The translations under genes were made by a program, and so were the position numbers. Shown here in pieces: positions 1-10,180 of a stretch of 64,000 nucleotides of DNA. Within the stretch, counting starts at the first letter, position 1; the number at the start of each line of letters is the position of its first letter. The stretch covers positions 1,155,808-1,219,807 of the forward strand of contig CDRNVI010000030.1 of assembly GCA_977017575.1 (NCBI GenBank), in the 5' to 3' direction. Source of the DNA: Paramoeba atlantica. Taxonomy: Eukaryota > Protista > Discosea. The notes under the pieces are model-generated. The model made no database searches, was not told the origin of the DNA, and saw only the letters and a list, made by a program, of their open reading frames with translations.

Positions 1-437
1 TTGGTACTCGAAATACTGGTCAAAAATGGCATTTTCCAATGTACAGTCCAATTCCCTCCTTTTTTTCATTCACAATTGCTTTCTAGAATAAATGTTTAGG
101 ATACTTTAGGAGTAAGTACGCCACTTATCCAAAGAAAAAAAAGATTTTGGACCAAAAATGACAGATAACCAAGGGGGGGGTGACAGTATTCATCGAAATC
201 TAACACAATTGCATAATTTTTAACAAGGTAAGTTCTGTGCATGTAAATTTAATTTTTTTTGCGAAACAAATCTATTAGTAAATGATAATGATCCTATGTG
301 TGCATTTGCAGCGCGAATACATTTACAAAAAAAGTTAGAATAGTAATAATGATATTCATTTTAGTATTTGTTTTATAATACTTCTACTTTATCAACTATA
401 TTTAAAAAACATTTTACCTTCGAATGAATCGACACGC

Positions 438-941
438 TTACTTTTTCTTCTTTACCAGCGTTTCAATAAATGTCTTGCCCTTCTTACGGAGTCGTGCTGC
501 TTCATATGAAAGAGCTTTGCGTTCAGCGGCTGACAGCTTCTTATACTTGGCAGATACCCTCTTTACCACCGCTCGGAAACAAGCCTTACGATTCTTGTGG
601 TTTCCCTTCTCTGCCTTGTATATCGCCGGCACGGTACGCTTCGAGAACAAGGCATAAGGAACGTAGCGTGCGCTTTTCACTTGTTCTCTGAGCGCTTTCT
701 TCTGTTTCATATTCTGGGCAGCAATCTTACTCAAGGACTGGACTTGAGCCGGAGATAATTTTTTAAAAGCGGCATGTCCTGCGGCGAGACTTCGTTTAGC
801 CTTTTTAACTCGGAAAAACTTTGACATGAATACACGTAGCGCACATGTCGGTCCTGAGTTTCCATCCCACGGCTTCTTGATCACTTTGCGACGAAGCTTT
901 GCGATGTCCTTGGCGAGGTTTGGAAGCACACGAGAAAACAT
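438..941 (-). CDS. Basic tandem HMG-box-like protein, probably kinetoplast-associated (KAP3/KAP4-like)
   Basis: First ATG at 941 (MFSRVLPNLAK, presequence-like); 167 aa, very K/R/A-rich; two HMG-like segments (ALRVFMSK..FKKLSPAQVQSL and PYALFSK..VSAKYKKLSAAERKAL). Confidence 0.65.
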   Translation of the reverse strand: MFSRVLPNLAKDIAKLRRKVIKKPWDGNSGPTCALRVFMSKFFRVKKAKRSLAAGHAAFKKLSPAQVQSLSKIAAQNMKQKKALREQVKSARYVPYALFSKRTVPAIYKAEKGNHKNRKACFRAVVKRVSAKYKKLSAAERKALSYEAARLRKKGKTFIETLVKKKK

Positions 942-1087
942 TACAAGTAGAAAGACAGGGAAAAAGAGAGAGCTGCGTTCAACAAAGAAGACTTTGTGTG
1001 ACACAAAATGTACAAGAAAGCCCAGCAAATCAGAAAGAAATTATAGGTGAAAACGGGGAGCTTTGCCCCTAAATGACATTATCACGG

Positions 1088-1155
1088 ACTTCATAAACAC
1101 GCTTGTTACCGGTCCCGGCGTCGTCGCGAGTTGCGACGAAGTGTGAGGGAGAAGT
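1088..1155 (+). ncRNA. Degenerate twister ribozyme copy (AAGCCC of L4/P4 deleted)
   Basis: ACUUC-A-UAA-ACAC-GC-UUGUUA-CCGG-UCCC-GG..P5 hairpin UCGUCGC/GCGACGA..GUGU-GAGGG-A-GAAGU; homologous to 29569-29639 but 6 nt are missing from L4/P4. Confidence 0.55.
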
Positions 1156-2048
1156 ATTCACCACGTAGATGACATGTATTGTATAACAAGGTAACCTTCT
1201 TATAAATAAAACTGTTGGAGAAACGATCGAACAATGCAGACGAAGAGGAAAGTCTCTCCCATGATCTGGAATGCTCTGGCGAAGATGAAGAAAGGTCAGT
1301 TGACGAAGAAAGTTCTGAAAGTGATGAAGATAAACGTGATAAACAAATCGATGTACTCTTTACTTCACGCGGGTGTATTTCAACTGGCACGGAGCGACAT
1401 CTCAAATATTTCGTTGCCCAACACGATGACCATTCCATTTATCATTTCAACAATAAAATGTAATAAGCTGTTATCTGCAATGCATGACATGTTATATATC
1501 ATATCATCTTACTTTCTTGCGCAACGTTGATGCATTGAACTTCATCCGTAGATCACGATCCACCAAAATAGGGCGCCTCAATGACCTGCATTCGATTAAC
1601 GTCCCCAACAATAATCTGGCAATCCAATTGTACATAGCTAGACAACGATTCAAATCCGGACAAGGCGTAGTTACTGCAGTAGTGTACACCAGTACTGGTA
1701 GTACAACTACTACAGTACTTTTTTGCCCTTCTTGATAGTTTTCTTCAATGATCGAGGGCAGAACGGTAGTTGGGTAAATTCCGAAATTATGCGTTTCTAA
1801 ACGCAACGTGTTTTTATATGCATCTACATGTATAACTAGTTTACAAATATGCATGGTCTGTACAAATAGTATACATGAGCTGTTGAATGGACTAAAACTA
1901 AAGTGGGTGACGTCGAGAATTGACGCCAATCTGAATGAAACGTATAATGTCACATTTTTCATGTACTCTCTTATTTAATCCGTAATAGAGAAAACACAGA
2001 CAATTCGTTATTTTAAGGGTTAGGGCTGATTCGAATCGTCAGGTATTT

Positions 2049-2636
2049 CTATATGAACCGGGATTCACGGGGAGGTCGCTCCTCTCGTGTGTCCTGGCGA
2101 AATCGACGACGCTGCAGCTCATCACTACGGCGCCCGCGGATATCCTCCTCACGACGATCACGGAGGGAATGTGGCACTCGGCGGGACGCGGGGTGGCGAT
2201 AGCTGCGAGTGTACTGAGGGGCGTTTTCGGAAACTCGGGAGCGGGGACGCACCTCCCCGTACCGATGTGTGCGTCGGTGACCATACCCAACGGGGTCTCG
2301 GCGTGAACTCCAGCGGTCCTGATGGAAGGCATTTAGTTGCACCTCACGCTCATGGCTACTGCCCCCACCACGACCAAAGCGGCGTGTGATGGGTGCTCCC
2401 CGACCGCCTCGTTGTGCCGAATGATGACTTTGGTGGTACCCCTCCGGAACGCGATGGTGAACTTCATGGTAGGGTCGAGCGTTGTTGTACGGTAGGGCGC
2501 CGTGCGGACGTGTGCCGTAGGAGCCTTGTCGGGGGTAACGTCGCTGTCCGATCTGACGCCCACGCTGCGGTTTCGAGCGTTGTATCTCCTTCACAAGGTC
2601 GTCCAAGGGTCGGTTGAGATCGACTTCAAGATCCAT
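2049..2636 (-). CDS. R/G-rich protein with N-terminal UAP56-binding-like motif (ALYREF/UIF-like mRNA export adaptor)
   Basis: MDLEVDLNRPLDDLVK resembles the LDMSLDDII motif of ALYREF/Yra1; the rest is R/G/H-rich low complexity with no RRM visible. Confidence 0.55.
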   Translation of the reverse strand: MDLEVDLNRPLDDLVKEIQRSKPQRGRQIGQRRYPRQGSYGTRPHGALPYNNARPYHEVHHRVPEGYHQSHHSAQRGGRGAPITRRFGRGGGSSHEREVQLNAFHQDRWSSRRDPVGYGHRRTHRYGEVRPRSRVSENAPQYTRSYRHPASRRVPHSLRDRREEDIRGRRSDELQRRRFRQDTREERPPRESRFI

Positions 2637-3880
2637 TGAGTTAGAAAAGGAAAGTAAAGTTGGAATGTCGTAGGGGATTGGATGTGTTTGTTTTACGGTT
2701 TTTTATAAGCCTAGTTTCACGGAGCCCAATTTCATATTTGTTGCCGGATGTCAGCGTATTGAATATGAATTTAGCGGGGTTCCAGTTGGAGCTCATTTCT
2801 GTATTAAAGCCCGTCCAATCGCCCACAGCTGTCTTGTAGATTTTCTTGCTTTTTTTTAAATGCCTTGTTGTGCAGATCTCTGTGGATCGTTCTTATTTAA
2901 AATTTAAGATTCATGACACACCTGCTTTCGATACTATACACAAGTGTGTAACCTGTACATATTGCATACATGGAGGTTGAGCTAGTTGCTCTCTGATGAG
3001 CAATGCTTCTGCATTAAATTATAAAAAAAGTAAAAAAATACATTTATAAAATATTTGCGATGATTGTCCACTTAGAAAACAAATGGAAAGAATTCGTATG
3101 CTTGACGTGATATGTGGTGCATTGACACATGCATAGATGAGTGTTCCGGATACAGTACACATGAACAGATACCGTTCCCCCCCTTTAATATGGGCAGGGA
3201 CTATACCGTCCTCTCTTCTCTTATTGACTTCGGTTTTACCTTTGCCACACTATGACTGAAAACGGCGCCACGACGGGGCGCCATCTTTTTTTAGTCAGTT
3301 TCATCACCCTCCCAAAGCCGAAAAACTTTTAATAATATAGGGGGTCACAGTTAGTGATACATACACAGAGACATACTGTGTACATGCAGAGAGACAATCA
3401 CGTGTACAGTAAGTATGAAGCATGTTTCTTATGTTTCTATACGCATGTTGTTGTGTTCTAATATACACGCGTTCTAATGTTTTACACATGTTCTAATGTG
3501 TACGCGTATATTGTGTATTACAGTAAAGTCCTTTGATTTTATTCGAAAGCAAGAAATTCTATTGGTAAAATAAAGTAAACAGAGACGAAATAAAGTAAAC
3601 ATCTCCACGCCTTAGAGCGCTTCCTGGCAAAGGGAGCAAGGTTATGCCACAAAAGGGCTAACGGCGAAAAGTGAACGTACGTATAGAATACCAGAATATT
3701 CATATTTATGGGCTTTATAGAAATTATTAAAAATTATCATATACGGTCGCGGATTATGATAAACAGAAAGGACCGTATTTTTGTGCAAGGAAAACTAAAT
3801 AAAGTAAGCGCATTTTTTGTAAGCAATTTCTTTGTCTGACACAATACAATAGCTAGTATGTGTGAACAATTTTAGAAGGT

Positions 3881-4876
3881 TCACATTGCATAGTCAATTA
3901 AAGCTGGAGACGCCTCCAGGTAGAAAGTCTCGATTTTAGAGCATAAGAGTTCAAGTTGATGTTTGAGTGGCATTTCATTTTGTGGTACAATTTCGCCTAA
4001 CTGTTCATGAGGACCACAGTAGCAAAGTGCAAGGCTAGAAATATTGACTAGCTCAACGCAGAATTGCGTAGTCTTTTCTACAGCTTCGCGCATATCATCT
4101 AAAAGGTTTTGCAATCGTTCGTTTTCTGAATTTTCTGTCGTTTGGTCTGTATCAGTAGGCGCTTCCGTGCGCATTGTAGCTGGTGGAAAATTCTTCATTT
4201 CCTCTTTCAGCGAACGAATAATGTCTTCAACTTTTTTACGCAAAGGAAAACTGGACTTATCAGAAGAGGTAATTCCTTTCGACGCAACACTCGAGTCTCT
4301 GGCCTGCATCGTGCTATTAATTGCCGTTGAGGACATTGGTGCCGCTAAATTGGCTTGTGACGAGTAAGTCCGCAAGGTTGGTGAGCGACAATCCGTTCCT
4401 ACTGTATCGGATTTCGTCGCTTTCTGGATGTCTGACAAGGAGGTTTCTGTGGCTTTAAACTCGCAGCTTTTCGTAGCAGATGGCATGGGCATTTCCGTGT
4501 CTCGTCCCTGTGACACAGTATCCAGCGTGTTCTCCGGAGCTGGTTCAGACAATTCAGATAAAGGATTCACAGACCTCTGCCCGGGCGGCGAAAACGGCCA
4601 AGAAGTTGGCCTCTCTTTCTTTACTTCTGGCAATGCTGTATCTTCCACTGATCCCGACGTGTGGCCTGGCGTGGCCGCAAACAAGTCGGAGGGGTCAAAC
4701 GTATCCGTAACAAGGTCAGCACCCGGGTTCGCAAGATTACTTGAAGATATGATCGGGTTTGTGTTTACTTCACCGTCTTGTGCTGCAGACAAAGAGGTTA
4801 AATCAAGCCCGGCTGCTAGCCAGTCGAATCCCTGAACACTGGATTTCTCTAGGTCAGTGCAAGTTACGGGTTCCAT
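3881..4876 (-). CDS. Hypothetical protein, S/T-rich N-terminus and helical C-terminus
   Basis: 331-aa ATG-started ORF on the cluster strand; no recognised motif. Confidence 0.7.
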   Translation of the reverse strand: MEPVTCTDLEKSSVQGFDWLAAGLDLTSLSAAQDGEVNTNPIISSSNLANPGADLVTDTFDPSDLFAATPGHTSGSVEDTALPEVKKERPTSWPFSPPGQRSVNPLSELSEPAPENTLDTVSQGRDTEMPMPSATKSCEFKATETSLSDIQKATKSDTVGTDCRSPTLRTYSSQANLAAPMSSTAINSTMQARDSSVASKGITSSDKSSFPLRKKVEDIIRSLKEEMKNFPPATMRTEAPTDTDQTTENSENERLQNLLDDMREAVEKTTQFCVELVNISSLALCYCGPHEQLGEIVPQNEMPLKHQLELLCSKIETFYLEASPALIDYAM

Positions 4877-5088
4877 TTACAATAGATCGGACTAAGATGT
4901 AGCAAAAGAGATAGTACACCTTGATGTGAAATGCGAATGAAACCATATCATCTTTTTTTCGTATTCAAAAGCGTATCGTTGCACTATTTAAGTATCCCAC
5001 ATGTGTTTCCGATACCATCTTGTGGGTCTACCAATACCCATTCAGTAATGTACAAAAAAGAGGGGAAATCCCCCATCTCTCCATTCCC

Positions 5089-5763
5089 CTAAAACTTAAC
5101 GATCGGCCGATAACGATACGGTCGGGACCACGTCCCGGGCACCGCATTCATTAACCGGGTATGCACCATTTGCTCATCCTCTGCGGTGATCTCATCCTCA
5201 TTCCAGTCCCTTGGCCTCTCCTCCGGCGTATGCTCCACCGCGGAATTCGCCTCAATCGCATCCACCACATGGTCCTTTCCGGAATCCGACGTCCCCAGCA
5301 GCCCCGCCTGCTCTAATGTCGCATCCAAATCCAACGCCCTCCCCTCTTTTGCTAGGGTAATGTTATGCAGCTCCGCCCACGGGGCATGGTTGCTCGCGAC
5401 CGTGTAATGCAGCAACTGTCGTACCGTACTCCCCTGGGGGATACGTACCGTCTGGTAATGTAGCCTTTTCTCCCACCGAGAGGCGACCCAGACATTGGAA
5501 CTGAACCGCACATGGAACGTAACCTGTGCGGAGCTCACGGGGTCATCCACGACGGGACGCCAGTAGTGACGCTCCGAATCGGGCAAGATCTCACGTCGAG
5601 GGATTTTACTGTAGTAACACTGGACGGGTCCGGGGGTTGCGGCCTTGATGGGGCCGGGGTAGGTACGGGAGGCCCGGAGACGACGCTCAGCTTCGTACAT
5701 TTGTTGCGCGTAGTAGGGGAGTTGACGCTCGTGGAGGCGGAGCGGGGAGGTGCGGAGGAGCAT
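5089..5763 (-). CDS. Putative mitochondrial protein with central ubiquitin-like (beta-grasp) fold
   Basis: ATG at 5763 (MLLRTSPLRLHERQ, presequence-like); VTFHVRF..QTVRIPQGSTVRQLL..ITLAKEGRALDLDATLEQAGL is a ubiquitin-like pattern; 224 aa. Confidence 0.6.
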   Translation of the reverse strand: MLLRTSPLRLHERQLPYYAQQMYEAERRLRASRTYPGPIKAATPGPVQCYYSKIPRREILPDSERHYWRPVVDDPVSSAQVTFHVRFSSNVWVASRWEKRLHYQTVRIPQGSTVRQLLHYTVASNHAPWAELHNITLAKEGRALDLDATLEQAGLLGTSDSGKDHVVDAIEANSAVEHTPEERPRDWNEDEITAEDEQMVHTRLMNAVPGTWSRPYRYRPIVKF

Positions 5764-5934
5764 GGGGAAGGAAAGGGAAAAAAGGAGGGGGAAGAAATTT
5801 TTGGAGAGTCGGATGGTGTGTCGAAAACAGTAACGGACGAAACATGTAAAACCAGCTCCTGTATGGGTTCTTTTGCAAAGAAATCCATTCTTCTTTTTCA
5901 AGCCAAGGAAACATCCCCCCTTCCCCCCCCTCCC

Positions 5935-6639
5935 TCACCCCCCTCCCTCCCCCTTTCCCCCCCACATCTCCGCCTCCATCATCTTCATCTCCTCCTTTGT
6001 CCTCCCCTCCACCACCTCCTCCACACTCAACCTCCTCCCTCCCCACATCCCCACCGCCGCCTCCCCACCACCCCCCTCCGCCCCCTCACAATAGTTAATC
6101 CCGTACTGCCGAAACGACGGCACCTCCGCGGCCCGTTCCACCGCCCCCCACAGCACCTCCACCAGCCTCCCCCACCCCTCCCCCCCCTCCCCCCCGACCA
6201 CCACCGTCTCGTCCACCAGCACGTCAAACGTGGTGTGCACAACGGCGTACCGCCCGTGGGGCCCCAGGTGATGTTTTCGCGTGTCCCGTAGCCCCGGGGC
6301 GGGCCGGGGGAACAGCTGCAGGGGGCCGTGGCCCTGGGGGGGGCGCATGCCGCGCAGGAGCCCGAGGCGGGTGGCGTGGGGGGGGAGGCGGAGCAGGGCG
6401 GTGAGGGCGCGCTGCAGGGGGAGGCGGCAGGGGAGGAGACGGGAGCGGGGGGTGGCGGAGCCGAGGGTGAGGAGGGGGCGGTGGGAGGGGGTGTGGGGGG
6501 AGAGGAGGAGGGCGGTCCAGGTGGCGGCGCGGGCGGCGGGGTTGGCGTGGGAGGCGAAGCGGGGGGTGGGGGTGCCGGGGGGGACGAGGTCGTCGGGGAC
6601 GTCGTGGTGGTAGGGGGTGAGGAGGGTGGGGTGGAGCAT
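5935..6639 (-). CDS. Hypothetical protein in a C/G-skewed island; 3' end possibly frameshifted in a G homopolymer
   Basis: ATG at 6639; protein-like core HLGPHGRYAVVHTTFDVLVDETVV..RLVEVLWGAVERAAEVPSFRQYGINYCEG; another frame continues MFPWLEKEEWISLQKNPYRSWFY after the G-runs near 5930. Confidence 0.5.
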   Translation of the reverse strand: MLHPTLLTPYHHDVPDDLVPPGTPTPRFASHANPAARAATWTALLLSPHTPSHRPLLTLGSATPRSRLLPCRLPLQRALTALLRLPPHATRLGLLRGMRPPQGHGPLQLFPRPAPGLRDTRKHHLGPHGRYAVVHTTFDVLVDETVVVGGEGGEGWGRLVEVLWGAVERAAEVPSFRQYGINYCEGAEGGGGEAAVGMWGGRRLSVEEVVEGRTKEEMKMMEAEMWGGKGEGGG

Positions 6640-7151
6640 GGGGGGTGTGCAGATGGGTTGTGGGAGTTTGAGAATGTTTTTTGGTCAAAAAGGTATATTT
6701 TTGTACCAATGTTTTTTTCAATGAAATTTCTCTCCGAGGAGTAGAAAAAAGTTATTAAACTTGCCTAAGCATTTTGTCGTTCCTCATTAATACTGTACAT
6801 AAATATTACAAATGCTTGTATTACGGGATTGCAATCCCCTTTCACTTTTGCAATGCGCAAAAGAGTGTTTAGAAATTCTAGGAAGGAATGTTCATCCCGT
6901 AAGTCAATGGTAGGATTTTACTCACTCAAATAAATTGAGTTTATAGTATTGTATCACTCCCTTAGCAATAGAAGCTCATAGCGAAATAGAATTTTAAGGG
7001 TAATGGTGCTAGAAGGAGCCACTGCTGCGCGCTTCGCGTTGAAAACTACCTCCGCGTTTAACGAAGCGACTAAAAAAGAAAAATTGACAAAAAATCATGA
7101 ATGATATATTTTTTAGGTGAAAACGCCCGATTTTTGGGCCTTTGCCAACGT

Positions 7152-8596
7152 TGTGGATTGTCAATGTCAGTGCAACAATTTGTCATACTTAGTGCAACAA
7201 ATTAATAATAATTGTCATACTCAGCGCAACAAAAGGTTAATTTCTACATAATACACTTCATATACTAATTTCTACATAATTCAGTTCATTCATGCCAAAG
7301 TACAGAAGATTATCTGAAAACAATCGCAAAGATATTCAAACGATGTTTGAAAGTGGCGCCACGAGGAGGGAAATTGCCCGATCGATTGATAAGTCCCCAA
7401 GTACGGTATGTCGTGAGCTGGCACGCAACAGGAAAAGAGGTGGGCAATACCGTTCCAGCCGTGCCCATCGTGTTGCCAAGAGACGACTGGTTAATAAAGG
7501 AACCAGACCACGTCTAATTCGAGCCAGTCTTGAAAAAAGTGTAAAGACCCGTCTCCGAAAGCTTCACAGCCCGGAGCAGGTTGCTAATACACTTGTTGTC
7601 GGCTCACAAGGTTCACCATCCACTTCCACAATCTATCGATTTGTTCGTCGAGACAAAGACAATGGGGGGAAGATTCATAGGTGCCTACGGATCCGCGGAA
7701 GGCGGCCTTATGTTCGACGCATTCATGGTCGAAGTACCATTCCAAACCGGGTTTCTATCGATCATCGTCCCCAAATAGTAAACACACGACGTCGGTATGG
7801 TGATTGGGAGGCCGATTTAATTGAGGGAGCAAAGAAAAGTGGGTATTTCATCCTGACTCTTTGTGAACGAAAGAGTAGGTTTGTTGTCCTTCGTGTATTT
7901 CAATCCAAGCAGTCAAAAGAAGTTGAAACACAGGTGCTGAAAGCCTTAAAGAAATACAAAGTGCATACCATAACGTATGACAATGGAACTGAAAACACCA
8001 AACATGAAGCCATCAACAAGAAGTTAGGATGCAAATCTTACTTTTGTCATCCTTACCATTCATGGGAAAAGGGGGCCGTTGAAAACATGAATGGTCTGGT
8101 CCGTCAGTATCACACCAAGTCAGATACTTTTGAGGAGTTGACACAGCGCGAAGTTAGTAAGACGGCCAACAAACTGAACAAACGGCCACGAAAGTGCTTG
8201 AAATGGTTCTCCCCAAAGAGCTTGGAAGGCCAAATTTTACTATAAAGAGACGGTACTATACATGAAAGCAGTAAGTTGTATAGCCGTAAGTTGTAAAGCA
8301 GTAAAGGTAAAAAGTTTATCTCTTTACTAAAGAAACGCGTTATGTTGCTCCGTCAATATCGATTATCCAGGTACTCCTTTTTTCTTCTCCTTACATAATT
8401 TTTTTTTCTTAATCCATTGTTTCTTTCTTAACATGGCTCATACAATCCCGCGTCCGTTTGTGGTGCTGTCCGACCGAAAAAACAGTGTTGCACTGAGTAT
8501 GCGAAAATCCTGACATCCGGAACACACCCATATTTTTCTCATTTTTGTTGCACTGAGTATGACAAAAAGGTGTTGCACTGAGTATGACAATCCACA
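7152..8596 (+). mobile_element. IS30-family DNA transposon, apparently complete
   Basis: 26-bp IRs TGTGGATTGTCAATGTCAGTGCAACA / TGTGGATTGTCATACTCAGTGCAACA; the TTGTCATACTCAGTGCAACA motif occurs 3 times at each end; ACGT flanks both sides; intact transposase inside. Confidence 0.9.
7292..8245 (+). CDS. IS30-family transposase
   Basis: 317 aa; N-terminal HTH (RREIARSIDKSPSTVCRELARN), SPEQVA, STIYRF, GDWEAD (D), TYDNGTE (D), SWEKGAVENMNGLVRQY (E), LNKRPRKCL: IS30 signature with intact DDE. Confidence 0.95.
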   Translation: MPKYRRLSENNRKDIQTMFESGATRREIARSIDKSPSTVCRELARNRKRGGQYRSSRAHRVAKRRLVNKGTRPRLIRASLEKSVKTRLRKLHSPEQVANTLVVGSQGSPSTSTIYRFVRRDKDNGGKIHRCLRIRGRRPYVRRIHGRSTIPNRVSIDHRPQIVNTRRRYGDWEADLIEGAKKSGYFILTLCERKSRFVVLRVFQSKQSKEVETQVLKALKKYKVHTITYDNGTENTKHEAINKKLGCKSYFCHPYHSWEKGAVENMNGLVRQYHTKSDTFEELTQREVSKTANKLNKRPRKCLKWFSPKSLEGQILL

Positions 8597-8973
8597 ACGT
8601 TAACTCAAATTTTGGCCGTATTTGATGCTTTACCAGTAGGGGCAAGAGGCGTCTCAAGAAAAACGTCGTAGAATGGTAGCTGAGGTCGCAAGCTCCCAAA
8701 ATACCGTATTTTAGGGGCTGCAGCTATTGACTTACGGGATGAACACTATTTAAATTTATTCAAATATTACAAAAATCGTTTTCACTCAGTCGGAAGAGTC
8801 GGTACAAAAACATGCCCGTTTCACCTGTTTTTTTTTGTTTTCACATGCTTTTGGAGAAAAGGGGATGGTGGAAAAAAAAGTGGTGGGAGTGTGTAGAAAA
8901 ATAATAATGTTTGGAGAAGTAGAGAGATGTCTGAGCAAACTACATGTTTTTATGTAGAATTTGCCACAGGAAG

Positions 8974-9483
8974 TCAGACCTCGGCTACTTCCTTAGTATT
9001 TTCATCGTCGCTCGACTCCAACTCCCGTCTACGCTTGGAGACGTCCATGCCCCTGGGAGGTTGGATATGACCCTGCTTTTTTATCATGCGCTTCGGTTTC
9101 TCAACTTTGCTGGGCTTGGTGTCGTTTTCACCCCGCTTGTTTTCGCCAGGAAGTTGTGTTGGACTTGTAATAGAGGAAGTCCCCACTCGGTTATAAGTCG
9201 GCATTTTCGCTGTAGTGTTTCGTAATCTTTGAATGGTCTCTGCACTGGGCTGCCAGTATTTCGAATCACGCGGAATTAAAAAGAAAGGGTCCCTACTGAT
9301 AGGGTCAAACGTGTTCGGCTCTCCGTCAGAATTCTCCGTGTCCTCTTGAATTTTCTTAGAAGCAAGAAGGGGGATATTCTTCTTAAAGGTCTCTGTTTTG
9401 CTTCGTAAGGGTCGTCCAGTGGCATAACTGCGACGCTGCTTTTGTTGTGTTGTCTTCTTCCACGCTCCTTCGTTGATTACCAT
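8974..9483 (-). CDS. Hypothetical basic protein
   Basis: First ATG at 9483; about 169 aa, hydrophilic, on the cluster strand; no motif recognised. Confidence 0.45.
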   Translation of the reverse strand: MVINEGAWKKTTQQKQRRSYATGRPLRSKTETFKKNIPLLASKKIQEDTENSDGEPNTFDPISRDPFFLIPRDSKYWQPSAETIQRLRNTTAKMPTYNRVGTSSITSPTQLPGENKRGENDTKPSKVEKPKRMIKKQGHIQPPRGMDVSKRRRELESSDDENTKEVAEV

Positions 9484-9979
9484 AATGTTCCAATGGTGCA
9501 ATAAGATCGAAAATCGAAATCAAAATTTGAACATACAGTGAAATCTGAACAACATAAAATTACAATGCTTTGCGTGTACCGTCACCCCCTTCACGTACAT
9601 CTTCGAAAAAGTGGGAAAAGACTAAAATCAAAAGCGCTGTTACTACGGTAGCACAATACGCCCCCCCCACTCAAAAATCATGAAAACAGTAAGAGAAAGG
9701 GCCAGTAAGAGAATGGGATTTGGGTCAAAATGACCAAATCTCTCTTACTGGGGGGGCATGCTTTTTCGGGGGGAAATCTGGACCATTCATCCTAACTTGG
9801 GCTTTTGCACAGAATTGTTTCTAGAGGCGAGATTACGAGGCCGTAAGAAAGGTTTAAAAAAATCATTTTTTCACTTACCCGTGTTCCTAAATATTTATTT
9901 GCTATAAAATAGTCGGTAGCAAAAAAGGCTAACACTCCGTGGTACAAAGTCTATTTTCCTGCTGGATACATAGAACTCC

Positions 9980-10180
9980 AGCCCCTCCGTCTCTTATCCT
10001 TCCGGTATCTCTCCGTTCTTCCCCGTCTTCCTCTTCCTCTTCTTCCCGCTCTGCCTCCCCCCTCCTCTCTTTCTCTTCCTTCTTCCTCTTCTGCCTCTTT
10101 CTCTTCTTCACATTTTGTCTCTTCCCTTTCTCTCTCCACCTCCTTCCCCTTCTTTGCTTTTCTCTGCTATCCGTTCCAGC
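9980..10180 (+). repeat. Polypyrimidine (CT-rich) low-complexity tract
   Basis: About 200 bp almost entirely C/T on the + strand. Confidence 0.7.

Larger units (their letters stand above)
6889..8745. mobile_element. Outer inverted-repeat element (MITE-like) hosting the IS30 insertion
   Basis: TGTTCATCCCGTAAGTCAAT at 6889-6908 is inverted at 8726-8745; internal 7025-7080 matches the foldback repeat at 42959-43068. No clear TSD. Confidence 0.5.

Noticed and set aside
1504-1962. 152-aa minus-strand ORF
   Set aside because: No recognisable motif and an unconvincing composition; coding status cannot be supported.
2990-3025. CTGATGAG hammerhead-like core
   Set aside because: No GAAA after the putative stem II and no flanking stems I/III.
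5512-6744. Long P-rich or G-rich ORFs in other frames and on the + strand (5512-6291, 6224-6721, 6328-6744)
   Set aside because: By-products of C/G-run skew suppressing stop codons; low complexity and no motifs.
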